From positions 17,450 to 81,449 of IMG/VR virus record IMGVR_UViG_3300020045_007008: a stretch of DNA of 64,000 nt; one strand, 5' to 3'. Positions within the stretch are counted from its first letter, which is position 1. The number at the start of each line of letters is the position of its first letter. Origin of the DNA: a virus. A model generated the notes under the pieces. It saw only the letters and a list, made by a program, of their open reading frames with translations. It ran no database searches and was not told where the DNA came from. Position numbers and translations under genes: made by a program. Shown piece by piece: positions 50,930-60,981 of this stretch.

Positions 50930-51508
50930 ATGAGCTCGTATAGCAGAGAACAATTGGAAAATTGGATTAGAGATATAAAAATAGTACAAGGTAAAGTTCT
51001 AGATATTGGTGGTAGCCAATTACCAATATTAAAACGATTAAAAAATACATCACTATTTGTTGAAGAATATAAAATATTAGATTTAGAACATCCACACGAA
51101 TGCAAAGAAGAACCAGATATTATTTGTGATTTAAATATACCATTAGATTTAAGAGAGTTTGAGCAATATATAGATTATTTTGATGTAGCATTTTGTATAG
51201 AAGTATCTGAATATTGGTATAATCCATTTGAAGCATTAGATAATATATTTTATTTATTAAGAAAAGGAGGTATATTATATTTATCTACTCATTTTATATA
51301 TCCAGTACACAATCCTATAAAACAAGATTATATAAGATATACACCAGAGGGAATAAAAAAACTATTAGAAGAAACAGGATTTGAAATATTAGAAATGACA
51401 CCAAGATTATTAAGAACAAATATATCAAATATAGATGGTATGAGACCGGCTAAAGATTATGATAAGCATAATTGGCAAGGATGTATGATAAAGGCAAAAA
51501 AGTTATGA
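50930..51508 (+). CDS. Class I SAM-dependent methyltransferase
   Basis: VLDIGG, EV.E, LLRKGG, DY.RYT motifs. Confidence 0.85.
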   Translation: MSSYSREQLENWIRDIKIVQGKVLDIGGSQLPILKRLKNTSLFVEEYKILDLEHPHECKEEPDIICDLNIPLDLREFEQYIDYFDVAFCIEVSEYWYNPFEALDNIFYLLRKGGILYLSTHFIYPVHNPIKQDYIRYTPEGIKKLLEETGFEILEMTPRLLRTNISNIDGMRPAKDYDKHNWQGCMIKAKKL

Positions 51509-51759
51509 AGAAACAAATAACAAGAGAACAATGGGATGAATTAGCTGATATACATAAGGCAATTTTTTGTAATAGAATGGATAATGATACATATATAGAT
51601 GAACCACCAACAATAGGAGATATGATTGAATTCTTAGATGATGATTGGATAGATTATATTCCATATACCGAAAAAGAATTAGACAAAGTAGATAATGAAT
51701 ATTTATGTGATACTTTATGGGATAGAGTGATTTATAAAATAGCTAATAAATATATATGA
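51505..51759 (+). CDS. Hypothetical protein, paralog family copy 2
   Basis: KKQIT.EQW...PTIGDMIEFLDDD...LCDTLWD. Confidence 0.65.
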   Translation: MKKQITREQWDELADIHKAIFCNRMDNDTYIDEPPTIGDMIEFLDDDWIDYIPYTEKELDKVDNEYLCDTLWDRVIYKIANKYI

Positions 51760-52619
51760 ATATATTATTAACTGGCTCAAAGGGTTTTATTGGTTCAAAA
51801 CTACTTATTGAATTAAAGACAAAATATAATGATAATATTAATATAACGGAATATGATTTGATAGATGGAAATGATATAAGAGATAGAATTAAATTAGATA
51901 AATTATTTGAATCAAAGCAATTTGAGATTATTATTCATTTAGCCGCATTAGCTGGTGTTAGAAGAAGTGAAGATTTTCCAGATGAGTATATAAGTACAAA
52001 TATCACCGGTGTTAAAAATTTAATTGATTGTGCTAAAAAATATAAAGTAAATAAATTTGTTTTTTATAGTAGTAGTTCAGTATTAGGTGGTGGCACTAAT
52101 TTAAAGGAAACAGATGAGTATAACCCTAGGGGATTATATGCAATAACAAAAGTAACAGGTGAATTATTAGTAAAATCAAGTGGTTTAGAATATATAATAA
52201 TACGCCCATTCACAGTATATGGAGAAAATGGTAGACCAGATATGGTTATATATAAATGGATAAATGAAATAAAAGCAGATAGACCAATTACATTTTATGG
52301 TGATGGAAAAACATCAAGAGGATATACACATATAGATGATGTTGTTAATGGAACTATAAAATTAATAGAAAATAATTGTTTTTTAAATACTGTGCATTTA
52401 GGTGGAAGTGAACGCATAAAATTATTTAATATCTATGAAATATTCAAAGATGTTTGTTATGATAAAGATTTTACATTTAAATATAATAGATTACCGATTC
52501 CAAATGGTGATGTTATTGATTCATTAGCTAATATACAGTTAGCTAAGAAATTAATAAATTTTAAACCCAAAAAACAATTTAAAAATATAATAAAAAATAT
52601 ATTAAATAAAGAACTATGA
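51756..52619 (+). CDS. NAD-dependent sugar epimerase/dehydratase
   Basis: TGSKGFIG, HLAA.AGVR.S, SSSSV, YAITK, R.FTVYG..GRPDM. Confidence 0.9.
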   Translation: MNILLTGSKGFIGSKLLIELKTKYNDNINITEYDLIDGNDIRDRIKLDKLFESKQFEIIIHLAALAGVRRSEDFPDEYISTNITGVKNLIDCAKKYKVNKFVFYSSSSVLGGGTNLKETDEYNPRGLYAITKVTGELLVKSSGLEYIIIRPFTVYGENGRPDMVIYKWINEIKADRPITFYGDGKTSRGYTHIDDVVNGTIKLIENNCFLNTVHLGGSERIKLFNIYEIFKDVCYDKDFTFKYNRLPIPNGDVIDSLANIQLAKKLINFKPKKQFKNIIKNILNKEL

Positions 52620-52770
52620 TGTACCAAGTAAATTATAAAATCTTCAGTAGTGATGAACACGAACACGCAAGAGTATTCAAGGGAAAAAATCAGAATGAGG
52701 TTGAAGAACAATTTAAAGACTATTGTAAAGGAATGAGATTAAAATGTGATGTAGTTAGTATTGATAAACT

Positions 52771-53064
52771 ATGAAAAAACAAATAGATATTATCGATTGG
52801 AATAAAATAGATTTACAAACTAAAAATAAATTAATTGTAAGTGGCAAGTTCAATATTATTCCAGATGCAACGATATTACCGAATATTGTCGATATGATAG
52901 ATTTTTTAGGTGATGATTGGACTAATATAGTTATGTGGATAAGAGAAGGTAAACCAAAAAGAACAATAGATGATAATATAAGAAATATATATTGGTTAAC
53001 TAATGGACAATTATGTGATAGTTTATGGGAAGCAACAATAGATAAAATAAATGAAACAGACTAA
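52771..53064 (+). CDS. Hypothetical protein, paralog family copy 3
   Basis: KKQI...PNIVDMIDFLGDD...LCDSLWE. Confidence 0.65.
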   Translation: MKKQIDIIDWNKIDLQTKNKLIVSGKFNIIPDATILPNIVDMIDFLGDDWTNIVMWIREGKPKRTIDDNIRNIYWLTNGQLCDSLWEATIDKINETD

Positions 53065-53154
53065 AGCAGAAAGACGAGAAAAAAAGAAAAGAATAAAGAT
53101 GAAAGTAAATGGTAATAAAATAAAACAACTAGTAAGAATAATAAAAAATGACAA

Positions 53155-53730
53155 ATGAGTGAAGTAGATATAATATTTGAAAAATTTTATAAATTTACAG
53201 ATGGATATAGAATGTTATTATTACTTAATAGAACAGAACAAGATGGACACGATTATGATGGATTCAATGATAAGAATATAATACGAAGAATAACAACAAA
53301 TTCAGAAGAATTTAAAATAGCATTAGGTGAATTATTAGACATTCAGAAAACAAGAAAAGACTCTAGAATTTATTCTTGTGTTAATCCAAGAAATATAGAT
53401 AAGGTTATATTTGAATTTAAATATCTAATGCTAAAGACTGATTATTTTCCACAAGAGCAGATTAATGATTTTTATTTTAATATTCAAAATAAATTTTTCA
53501 GTACATTGATGTCTAGTATGTGTGTAGATGAAATGAATTATTTAATAGATATAGATACTGAAAATGAAGAAAAAATAAAAAAGTGTGAAGATACATTATT
53601 AAATATAACAACAATATTATTAAAATATAAAACAAAAAGTGGTTGGCATTTTATTACAAAGCCATTTAATCCAGAATTAAGAAATGGATATAAAATAAAA
53701 TATGATGCCTTTATATTATTAAATTATTAA
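53155..53730 (+). CDS. Hypothetical protein with AEP-like catalytic motifs
   Basis: RIY..VN.R, LIDID and TKSGWHFI resemble archaeo-eukaryotic primase motifs I and II. Confidence 0.45.
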   Translation: MSEVDIIFEKFYKFTDGYRMLLLLNRTEQDGHDYDGFNDKNIIRRITTNSEEFKIALGELLDIQKTRKDSRIYSCVNPRNIDKVIFEFKYLMLKTDYFPQEQINDFYFNIQNKFFSTLMSSMCVDEMNYLIDIDTENEEKIKKCEDTLLNITTILLKYKTKSGWHFITKPFNPELRNGYKIKYDAFILLNY

Positions 53731-53732
53731 TT

Positions 53733-54575
53733 ATGCTAAAACAAAAAATAGGTTTTATTGGCCAAGGATGGATTGGAAAAAATTATGCTGATAACTTTGA
53801 AGAGCGAGGATATAGAGTAGTTAGATATTCGTTAGATGATGAATATAGAGGAAATAGAGAAGAACTAAAACAATGCGGTATTATTTTTATTGCCGTTCCT
53901 ACACCGAGTACTCCTGATGGTTTTGATGATAGTATTTTAATAAGTGCTATAGGTAATACAATCGCTGGCCAGACCATAGTTATTAAATCAACAGTTAAAA
54001 TAGGTACAACAAATAAAATACAAAAATTATTTCCGGATAGATATATTATACATAGTCCGGAGTTTTTAACTGAGAAGACGGCAAAGCATGATGCGGCTAA
54101 TCCTGCTAGAAATATTGTTGGATATACAAATGAATCATTTAAGAAAACAATAGAGGTTATGAATGTTTTACCAATAGCACCATATGAAAGTATTGTTAAA
54201 GCAGAAGAAGCCGAATTTGTTAAATATATGGGCAATTGTTGGTTCTATTTTAAAGTATTGGCAATGAATATATTTTATGATATTGCACAAGATAAAGGAT
54301 TAGATTTTGATAAATTAAAAGAGATGTTAGGTGCAGATAAAAGAATTGGTAGAACACACCTAGATGTAATTCACCAAGGGGGTAGAGGAGCAGGTGGTCA
54401 TTGTTTTATAAAAGATTTTGCCGCATTAAGAGAGATGTATAAAGAAATAAAAGATAAGAAAGTTATAAATGCCACTACATTAGAATTTATCAAATATGCA
54501 GAAGAGTTTAATTATCAATTACTAAAAGATTCAAATAAAGATTTAGATTTATTAGATGGTGTATATGGGAAATAA
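53733..54575 (+). CDS. UDP-glucose/GDP-mannose dehydrogenase family (short form)
   Basis: GQGWIG, AVPTP, IKSTV..GTT, PEFL and GGHCFIKD; lacks the C-terminal domain. Confidence 0.85.
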   Translation: MLKQKIGFIGQGWIGKNYADNFEERGYRVVRYSLDDEYRGNREELKQCGIIFIAVPTPSTPDGFDDSILISAIGNTIAGQTIVIKSTVKIGTTNKIQKLFPDRYIIHSPEFLTEKTAKHDAANPARNIVGYTNESFKKTIEVMNVLPIAPYESIVKAEEAEFVKYMGNCWFYFKVLAMNIFYDIAQDKGLDFDKLKEMLGADKRIGRTHLDVIHQGGRGAGGHCFIKDFAALREMYKEIKDKKVINATTLEFIKYAEEFNYQLLKDSNKDLDLLDGVYGK

Positions 54576-54852
54576 AATACAAGAAATAGACCAAAGGAGT
54601 GGAGATGAATTGATAATTAATTGTCACTGTGGTGATAATCATTTTATAAAATTTGATTATTGTAAATTTGATGATTGTAAAATGTTCTATATTAATATGA
54701 TAGCACAATCAGATTCATTATGGAATAGAATAAAACAAAGTTTTAAATATATACTAAATGGTGATGATATGTTCTATACTGATATCGGATTAACTGAAAG
54801 TGATTTAGATAAAATAGTTACTTTAATTAATAAATATAAACAAAATGAATAA
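54565..54852 (+). CDS. Hypothetical protein
   Basis: CHCG..H motif. Confidence 0.5.
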   Translation: MGNKIQEIDQRSGDELIINCHCGDNHFIKFDYCKFDDCKMFYINMIAQSDSLWNRIKQSFKYILNGDDMFYTDIGLTESDLDKIVTLINKYKQNE

Positions 54853-55159
54853 TCAAGAATATTTAAAATTCATAGAAGAAAGCCAAGCTAAAGGATTAGC
54901 ACTAATGGGAATGAAAAGTGCAGATTATGCTAGTAAAGAAAATCCATTTAAAAATTTCGATACAGTTGAACCATTATGTAATATATCAAGCGAAAGAGGC
55001 ATATTAGTTAGGATGTGTGATAAGATGACTCGTATTGGTAATCTATTGGAATGTGAAGCACAAGTTAAAGATGAATCAATAGAAGATACTCTATTAGACT
55101 TAGCAAATTATTCTTATATTCTATTGGCAAAAATTAAATCAAGAAAAGAACTAAAATAA
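54845..55159 (+). CDS. Nucleotide modification-associated domain 1 (DUF1599-like)
   Basis: K.ADY...NF...GILVR..DK..RI...DESIEDTLLDLANY. Confidence 0.75.
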   Translation: MNNQEYLKFIEESQAKGLALMGMKSADYASKENPFKNFDTVEPLCNISSERGILVRMCDKMTRIGNLLECEAQVKDESIEDTLLDLANYSYILLAKIKSRKELK

Positions 55160-55163
55160 AATT

Positions 55164-55607
55164 ATGCGAATTGATTTAGGTTGTGGTAATAGCAAACATG
55201 AAGGATGTGATACTTTTATAGATAGGGTAGATTTTGGTCATAACGTGGTATGTAATTTTGAAATAGAAAAACTACCATTTAAAGATAATTCAGTTGATTA
55301 TATTTGGAGTAATCACGTATTGGAACATATAAAAGACCCGCAATTATTAATGAATGAGTGTTGGAGAGTATTAAAAAAAGATAGTAAATTTGAAATTCAT
55401 GTGCCTTATGGATTATGGCCCGGAGCAAGTAAGCCCGTTCATCTACAATATATTACAGCATGTTGGTTCGACTGGTTCAGAAGAAAAGATTTATTTAAAT
55501 GGTATGGATATCATAATTGGATAATACAGCCAGGAGATTTAAAAGAAGTAAAAAATAATAATGGTGAAATATATGAAGTATATTGTATAATGAGTCCAGA
55601 TAAGTAA
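55164..55607 (+). CDS. Class I SAM-dependent methyltransferase
   Basis: DLGCG, LPF.DNSVD, HVLEH, E.WRVLK. Confidence 0.85.
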   Translation: MRIDLGCGNSKHEGCDTFIDRVDFGHNVVCNFEIEKLPFKDNSVDYIWSNHVLEHIKDPQLLMNECWRVLKKDSKFEIHVPYGLWPGASKPVHLQYITACWFDWFRRKDLFKWYGYHNWIIQPGDLKEVKNNNGEIYEVYCIMSPDK

Positions 55608-55792
55608 TAAATCAGTATCTACTATTAAAAGATATAAGATGACAAAATTTGAAACTGAATGTATTAAAAAGTGGTTACATAATGTATCTCATGGTAAAAT
55701 AGAAATGGTAGATTTTTATTCATTAGTATATGGATTAGTATATCCACCAGTTAAAAAGAAATATAAAGAATGGAAACCAAAAGATAAATAAT

Positions 55793-56266
55793 ATGAATCT
55801 AAATATAGGATGCGGTAGAATAAAAAAAGAAGGATATACGAATATAGATATAACTCAATATATAGATAGAAAAAGAAATAAATTAGTCGATTATGTTTTA
55901 AATATAGAAAAGGATATATTACCATTTGATGATAATTCTATTGATAATATTCTAATTGATAATGTATTAGAACATTTAGGAGATGGGTTTATATTTGCAT
56001 TAAATGAATTACATAGAGTATTGAAAAAAGATGGGACAATAAATGGGCATGTTCCAGTAGCAGGAACAAGAGTTGATTTCATGGATATAACACATAAAAG
56101 ACATTTTATACTAGATAGTTTTGTCTATATCTGTGGTGATAATTTAGCAATGAATAATAGACCATCTCATCCTAGATATGCAGATTATGGAGTACTACCT
56201 TGGAATGAAATAAAATTAGAGCAGAATAATGATTTAATATATTTTGAATTAAGCCCAAGAAAATGA
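55793..56266 (+). CDS. Class I SAM-dependent methyltransferase
   Basis: LNIGCG, LPF.DNS.D, VLEH, ELHRVLK.DG, D.TH. Confidence 0.85.
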   Translation: MNLNIGCGRIKKEGYTNIDITQYIDRKRNKLVDYVLNIEKDILPFDDNSIDNILIDNVLEHLGDGFIFALNELHRVLKKDGTINGHVPVAGTRVDFMDITHKRHFILDSFVYICGDNLAMNNRPSHPRYADYGVLPWNEIKLEQNNDLIYFELSPRK

Positions 56267-56269
56267 TTA

Positions 56270-56662
56270 AATTATAAATAAGTGAAGTCAAGTTAAGTTT
56301 AACAAAAAGTTATGTCAAAAGAAATAAAACATAGAGATATACAAGAAGTATGGTCTGGTATATATAGTGAAGTATATGGAGCAAGAAAAGATATACTTGG
56401 AAAAGTATTGACTATTATTGATGCAGTAATAGTTGATTCAAAACAAAATAAAAATGTAAAAGATTTAGTAAAGAGTGCAGTATGGAATGATAATTATTTA
56501 GAATTTAGATTAGCAGACTGGTTGCTATGGTTAGATAATCAATCAGAAGATAATGATAATAGTGTTCCTTGGAAATACCAAATGGAAAATCCTACACCAT
56601 CATTAGAAAATTATATTAGAAAATAAATAATAGCTTGATATTGACTTCACTTATTTGTAATT
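56270..56662. repeat. Long inverted repeat enclosing ORF 56312-56626
   Basis: AATTATAAATAAGTGAAGTCAA (56270-56291) versus TTGACTTCACTTATTTGTAATT (56641-56662). Confidence 0.85.
56312..56626 (+). CDS. Hypothetical protein inside the inverted repeat
   Basis: 104 aa ORF with GKVLTIIDA......Q.K.VKDLVK motif. Confidence 0.65.
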   Translation: MSKEIKHRDIQEVWSGIYSEVYGARKDILGKVLTIIDAVIVDSKQNKNVKDLVKSAVWNDNYLEFRLADWLLWLDNQSEDNDNSVPWKYQMENPTPSLENYIRK

Positions 56663-56668
56663 AATAAT

Positions 56669-57352
56669 ATGAGTATAAAACTTAACTTAGGGAGTAACAA
56701 TAAAATAATTGGTGATGATTGGATTAATGTCGATGGATTAGATTTACCAAATGTAGATTTAATCTGTGATTTAAATATAGTACCATTTAAATTCACATCA
56801 AAAAATAATATAAAGAATATTTTTTTTAATAAAATATATGATGAAACTAAAATAGGATATTATGATGGAAGAAATCCACAGAATAATCATACTGAAATAG
56901 ATTTTAAATTAAATAACAATTCAGTAGATGAAATACAAATGGTTGAAGTATTAGAACATATATCATTTCATAATACATTAAAAATTTTACAAGAATGTTA
57001 TCGTATATTGAAGCCAGAAGGAAAATTACATATTCAAGTTCCTGATTGTGGTAAAGCAATGGAATATTATATCAATAAACAAATATGCGAATGTGTTCCT
57101 CACAAATCAATGAAAGGAGACTCAAGTGGAATATTTAAAGCTGATGATAATTGTAATGCATGCAAAGGACAAGCGAAGATAAATCCAAAAAGATGGCTAT
57201 ATAGTTTTACTGGAGCACAAAAACATGAATTTGATATACACCGAATGATATTTACAAAAGAAATATTAGAAAAGATATTAATAGATGCTGGATTCAATGA
57301 TTTTGAATTTAAAGATGATACATATAAATTAAAAATTAATATCTACAAATAA
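56669..57352 (+). CDS. Class I SAM-dependent methyltransferase
   Basis: LNLGS, INVD, EVLEH, E.YRILKPEG...VPD. Confidence 0.85.
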   Translation: MSIKLNLGSNNKIIGDDWINVDGLDLPNVDLICDLNIVPFKFTSKNNIKNIFFNKIYDETKIGYYDGRNPQNNHTEIDFKLNNNSVDEIQMVEVLEHISFHNTLKILQECYRILKPEGKLHIQVPDCGKAMEYYINKQICECVPHKSMKGDSSGIFKADDNCNACKGQAKINPKRWLYSFTGAQKHEFDIHRMIFTKEILEKILIDAGFNDFEFKDDTYKLKINIYK

Positions 57353-57564
57353 ATGTTTAATTTTTTTCACATTCATAAATATAAAAATATCGCTGGTGTA
57401 TATGGTGATAATGGATATGTTGGTGATTTATTTGAATGTAAATGCGGTAAAAGAAAAACACTTATACCTAAAAAAATATTAGTAGATTGGAATTGTTATA
57501 TAATAAACATAGAAGGACAGATGATATATTTTCCATTCTTTTTAAAAAATATTAAAGATAATTT

Positions 57565-59220
57565 ATGAAAATTTTAATAGTGCCAGATGTGCATGGGTGG
57601 GCAATAGACCGGTTAGCAAGTGCAAAAATAAAACACAATCCACACATCAACTGGAGATGTCATTATGTTCATCCAAGAGATGCAGGAGAGAAAAGAACAC
57701 AAGATGAATTTAGAAAAGTAATTAATGAATTCAATCCAGATATTATTCATTTTGAATTCTATAGAAGTTGTAGTCAATTATTAGATGCTATACCAGAATT
57801 AAAAAGTAAAAAAATAATATTAACACACCATAATCAAAGAACCAAAGCATTAAGAAGTTATGACTGGTTTGCTAATGGAGTGGATTATTTAGTTACTCAT
57901 ACTAATAAATGTAAAAGATATTTAGTAGAACAATGTGGCCAACTAGAGGCAAATATAAAAGTAATAAACCATGGCATTGATTTAGATGAGTTTTATTATA
58001 ATGATATCGAACCTAAAGAAAAGAAAGTTGGATATGTTGGTAGAATAGTTCCATGGAAAGGATTAAAAGAAATAGCTAGAGCATGTAAAGAATTGGGTTA
58101 TAAATTACAGATAATGGGTAAGCACGATAAAGCTGGTTATTGGGATGAAATAATACAAGCAGGTTATACTGATATAATGGATTTCAGTTATTTCGATTGT
58201 CCAGATAGTCAAAGAAGAATGGCATATAATGATATGACTATTTTTGTTGGTAATAGTGAAGACTGGTATGAAGAAGGAACAATGCCATATTTAGAAGCAA
58301 TGGCATGTGGTGTTCCTATTGTTACTACACCAAATGGTGTGGCAGATGATATTGGGAAAGATAGATATAATTGTCTTATAACACCATTTAAAGATTATGA
58401 TAAATTAAAAAACAATATAAAAGAATTAATGGAAGATTCTGAACTAAGGAAGACATTGAGAAAAAATGCTTGGGAAACAATAAAGAATATGCCAGAAGAA
58501 AAAATGGCATATGGGTATAGCAAGTTATATAGTGAATTAAAGAACGATGATAATGATTTAATATCCATAATTATTCCAGTTACATTTGATAGAATAGAAC
58601 AATTAAAAATGTCATTATCAAAAATAAGAGAACAAGATTATAAATATATAGAAACAATAATAATATTTGATGAAGAGGAAAATAAAGATAATATTATAAA
58701 GCTAGCAGAATCAGAAGAAGAACTAAGAAATGAATATTCAGATTTAACCATTAAAGTATTATTTACTGGCAATAAGGGTTATGGATTAGCTGAAGCTAGA
58801 AACTTAGGTGCTATAGAGTCTATTGGAAAATATTTATTATTTTTAGATAGTAGATTAATGTTAGAAGAAGATTCGATTAATGTATTTTTAAATGGTGCAG
58901 AAATAACAAAAGATACTAATCAAAAGAAATGGTTCTTTGGAAATAAAGGAAGTAATAAAAATACTTTTGTTGAGAATTTTAGTTTTATAGAGAGAAAAGA
59001 ATTTTTTACATTCGGTATGTTCTGTGAAAGAATAAATGCCTATGGTGGTATGAGTCAAGAAATAAGAACTAGATGGACTAATCAAGGAGGAACATTTGTA
59101 TATCTTGAAGATGCACAAGCAATCGAATTAATGAAAGCAAGTAAAGGAAAAGAAAGAAGAAGAAATATTATTGATATGAAATTCAAATTATATAAAATGT
59201 ATAATGGAATAAATCACTAA
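57565..59220 (+). CDS. Fused GT-B (GT4-like) and GT-A (GT2-like) glycosyltransferase
   Basis: HGID, VGRI...KG and E......LEAMACG.P, followed by ISIIIP, ARN.GA and LFLDS. Confidence 0.85.
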   Translation: MKILIVPDVHGWAIDRLASAKIKHNPHINWRCHYVHPRDAGEKRTQDEFRKVINEFNPDIIHFEFYRSCSQLLDAIPELKSKKIILTHHNQRTKALRSYDWFANGVDYLVTHTNKCKRYLVEQCGQLEANIKVINHGIDLDEFYYNDIEPKEKKVGYVGRIVPWKGLKEIARACKELGYKLQIMGKHDKAGYWDEIIQAGYTDIMDFSYFDCPDSQRRMAYNDMTIFVGNSEDWYEEGTMPYLEAMACGVPIVTTPNGVADDIGKDRYNCLITPFKDYDKLKNNIKELMEDSELRKTLRKNAWETIKNMPEEKMAYGYSKLYSELKNDDNDLISIIIPVTFDRIEQLKMSLSKIREQDYKYIETIIIFDEEENKDNIIKLAESEEELRNEYSDLTIKVLFTGNKGYGLAEARNLGAIESIGKYLLFLDSRLMLEEDSINVFLNGAEITKDTNQKKWFFGNKGSNKNTFVENFSFIERKEFFTFGMFCERINAYGGMSQEIRTRWTNQGGTFVYLEDAQAIELMKASKGKERRRNIIDMKFKLYKMYNGINH

Positions 59221-59229
59221 AACAAAAAT

Positions 59230-59955
59230 ATGAAAGGAATAATTTTAGCAGGTGGTACTGGCTCAAGACTCAGACCACTAACAAGAGTAACAAATAAACA
59301 TTTATTGCCAATATATGATAAGCCAATGATTTATTATCCAATTAATACATTAATAACTGCTGGCATAAAAGATATACTTATAATTTGTGGCAAAGAGAGT
59401 GCTGGTCATTTTCTTGAATTACTTGGTTCAGGAAAAGAATTCAATGCAACATTTACCTATAGAATACAAGACGAATCAGATGGAATAGCTGGTGCAATAA
59501 AACTAGCTGAAGATTTTGTTAATGGTGAGAGCTTCGCAGTTATATTGGGGGATAATATTTTCGATGATGATTTCTCAGAATCAGTAAAGAATTTTAAAAC
59601 AGGAGCATTCATTTTTGCTAAAATGGTTAAAGACCCACAAAGATTTGGTGTAGTAGAATTTGGCAAAGGACATAAAGTAATAAGCATTGAAGAAAAACCC
59701 AAAAAACCAAAATCACATTTTGCCCAAACGGGATTATATTTTTATGATAATCAAGCATTTGAATTTATAAGAACATTAAAGCCATCTAAACGTGGTGAAT
59801 TAGAAGTAACTGATTTGAATAATTTTTATCTAAAAGAGCAAGAACTAAGGTGTGAATTAGTTAAAGGATTTTGGTCAGATGCTGGAACATTTGATAGTTT
59901 AAATATAAGCAATAATTTCATAAGACGTAAATATGAAAAAAATAAGAATACTTAA
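59230..59955 (+). CDS. rmlA: Glucose-1-phosphate thymidylyltransferase (short form)
   Basis: GIILAGG.GSRL.PLT...KHLLPIYDKPMIYY, LGDNIF, EKP, RGELEVTD and W.DAGT. Confidence 0.9.
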   Translation: MKGIILAGGTGSRLRPLTRVTNKHLLPIYDKPMIYYPINTLITAGIKDILIICGKESAGHFLELLGSGKEFNATFTYRIQDESDGIAGAIKLAEDFVNGESFAVILGDNIFDDDFSESVKNFKTGAFIFAKMVKDPQRFGVVEFGKGHKVISIEEKPKKPKSHFAQTGLYFYDNQAFEFIRTLKPSKRGELEVTDLNNFYLKEQELRCELVKGFWSDAGTFDSLNISNNFIRRKYEKNKNT

Positions 59956-60979
59956 TCATCCTTGGCATCTGGCCCATCAATATGAACTCTATAAAGTGCC
60001 TGATACTGAATGGACTTGGCTAGCACAATATAAAAGACAATATAATGAAATGCCTAGAGGTGATATGATGGGCAAATTCAATATTAATACTGTACCACAT
60101 TATGAATCTGGTAAATATGATATCGCATTATTACATGTAGACCAACAATGTTTTGATGAAGATATATGGGAAAGAGGAAAGGGAAGTGTTTATCGAGAAC
60201 TTAATAGCGTGATAAAAGATATTCCAAAAATAGTTATAAATCATGGTACACCATATTATCCTGAAAATTTTCCTTGTAATATCAAGAAAGAAAATTATAA
60301 ATCTTTGGGTTATACAGAAAAACAAATAGGAATGAGTGGGCAATTAATAGATTTCTGTAAGAGCGTAGTTGGTGATAATTATATGATAGTTAATTCACAT
60401 CGAGCACAAGAAGAATGGGGTTTTGGTACAGCAATTATTCATGGACAAGATAAAGAAGAGTGGTTTGATTTACCTAAAGAACCAAGAGTGATAACAACAT
60501 TAAGTCCAGCAGGATTAGATAAGTATTATGATAGAAGTTTTTTAAGAGGAATAAGAGAAGAATTAGAAGATAGAGATATTGGATTCTGTCAAATTACAGT
60601 TGATGTTAATTTCAAAAGTTTCAAAGAATATCGAGAATTTATTGGTAGAAGTTTAATATATATTCATCCAATGAAAGAAGCCCCAATGAGTAGAGGAAGA
60701 ACAGAAGCAATGTTTTCTGGTTGTTGTGTTATAACAACACCTTGGCATGATGCAGATAAATTTATTGTTAATGGAGTAAATGGATTATTCATGCCTAGAA
60801 ATCCAAAGCTAGTGGCAGATATGATTGAGGGATTAATATATGATTATCAGACTGCTATTAAAATAGGGCAAGAAGGAAAGAAGACAGCTATAGAAAAATT
60901 CAGCGGAGATAGATATAGACAAGACTGGAGAGAATTTATGGAATACGTCATTGATGATTATAAAAATAAGCATAAATAA
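59933..60979 (+). CDS. GT-B glycosyltransferase
   Basis: PM..GRTEAM..G.....T.......I.NG.NG C-terminal GT-B motif. Confidence 0.75.
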   Translation: MKKIRILNHPWHLAHQYELYKVPDTEWTWLAQYKRQYNEMPRGDMMGKFNINTVPHYESGKYDIALLHVDQQCFDEDIWERGKGSVYRELNSVIKDIPKIVINHGTPYYPENFPCNIKKENYKSLGYTEKQIGMSGQLIDFCKSVVGDNYMIVNSHRAQEEWGFGTAIIHGQDKEEWFDLPKEPRVITTLSPAGLDKYYDRSFLRGIREELEDRDIGFCQITVDVNFKSFKEYREFIGRSLIYIHPMKEAPMSRGRTEAMFSGCCVITTPWHDADKFIVNGVNGLFMPRNPKLVADMIEGLIYDYQTAIKIGQEGKKTAIEKFSGDRYRQDWREFMEYVIDDYKNKHK

Positions 60980-60981
60980 AT

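Noticed and set aside
56270-56662. IS or MITE terminal inverted repeats
   Set aside because: No transposase-like ORF or target-site duplication seen, and the mismatches are G-U wobbles, favouring RNA pairing.
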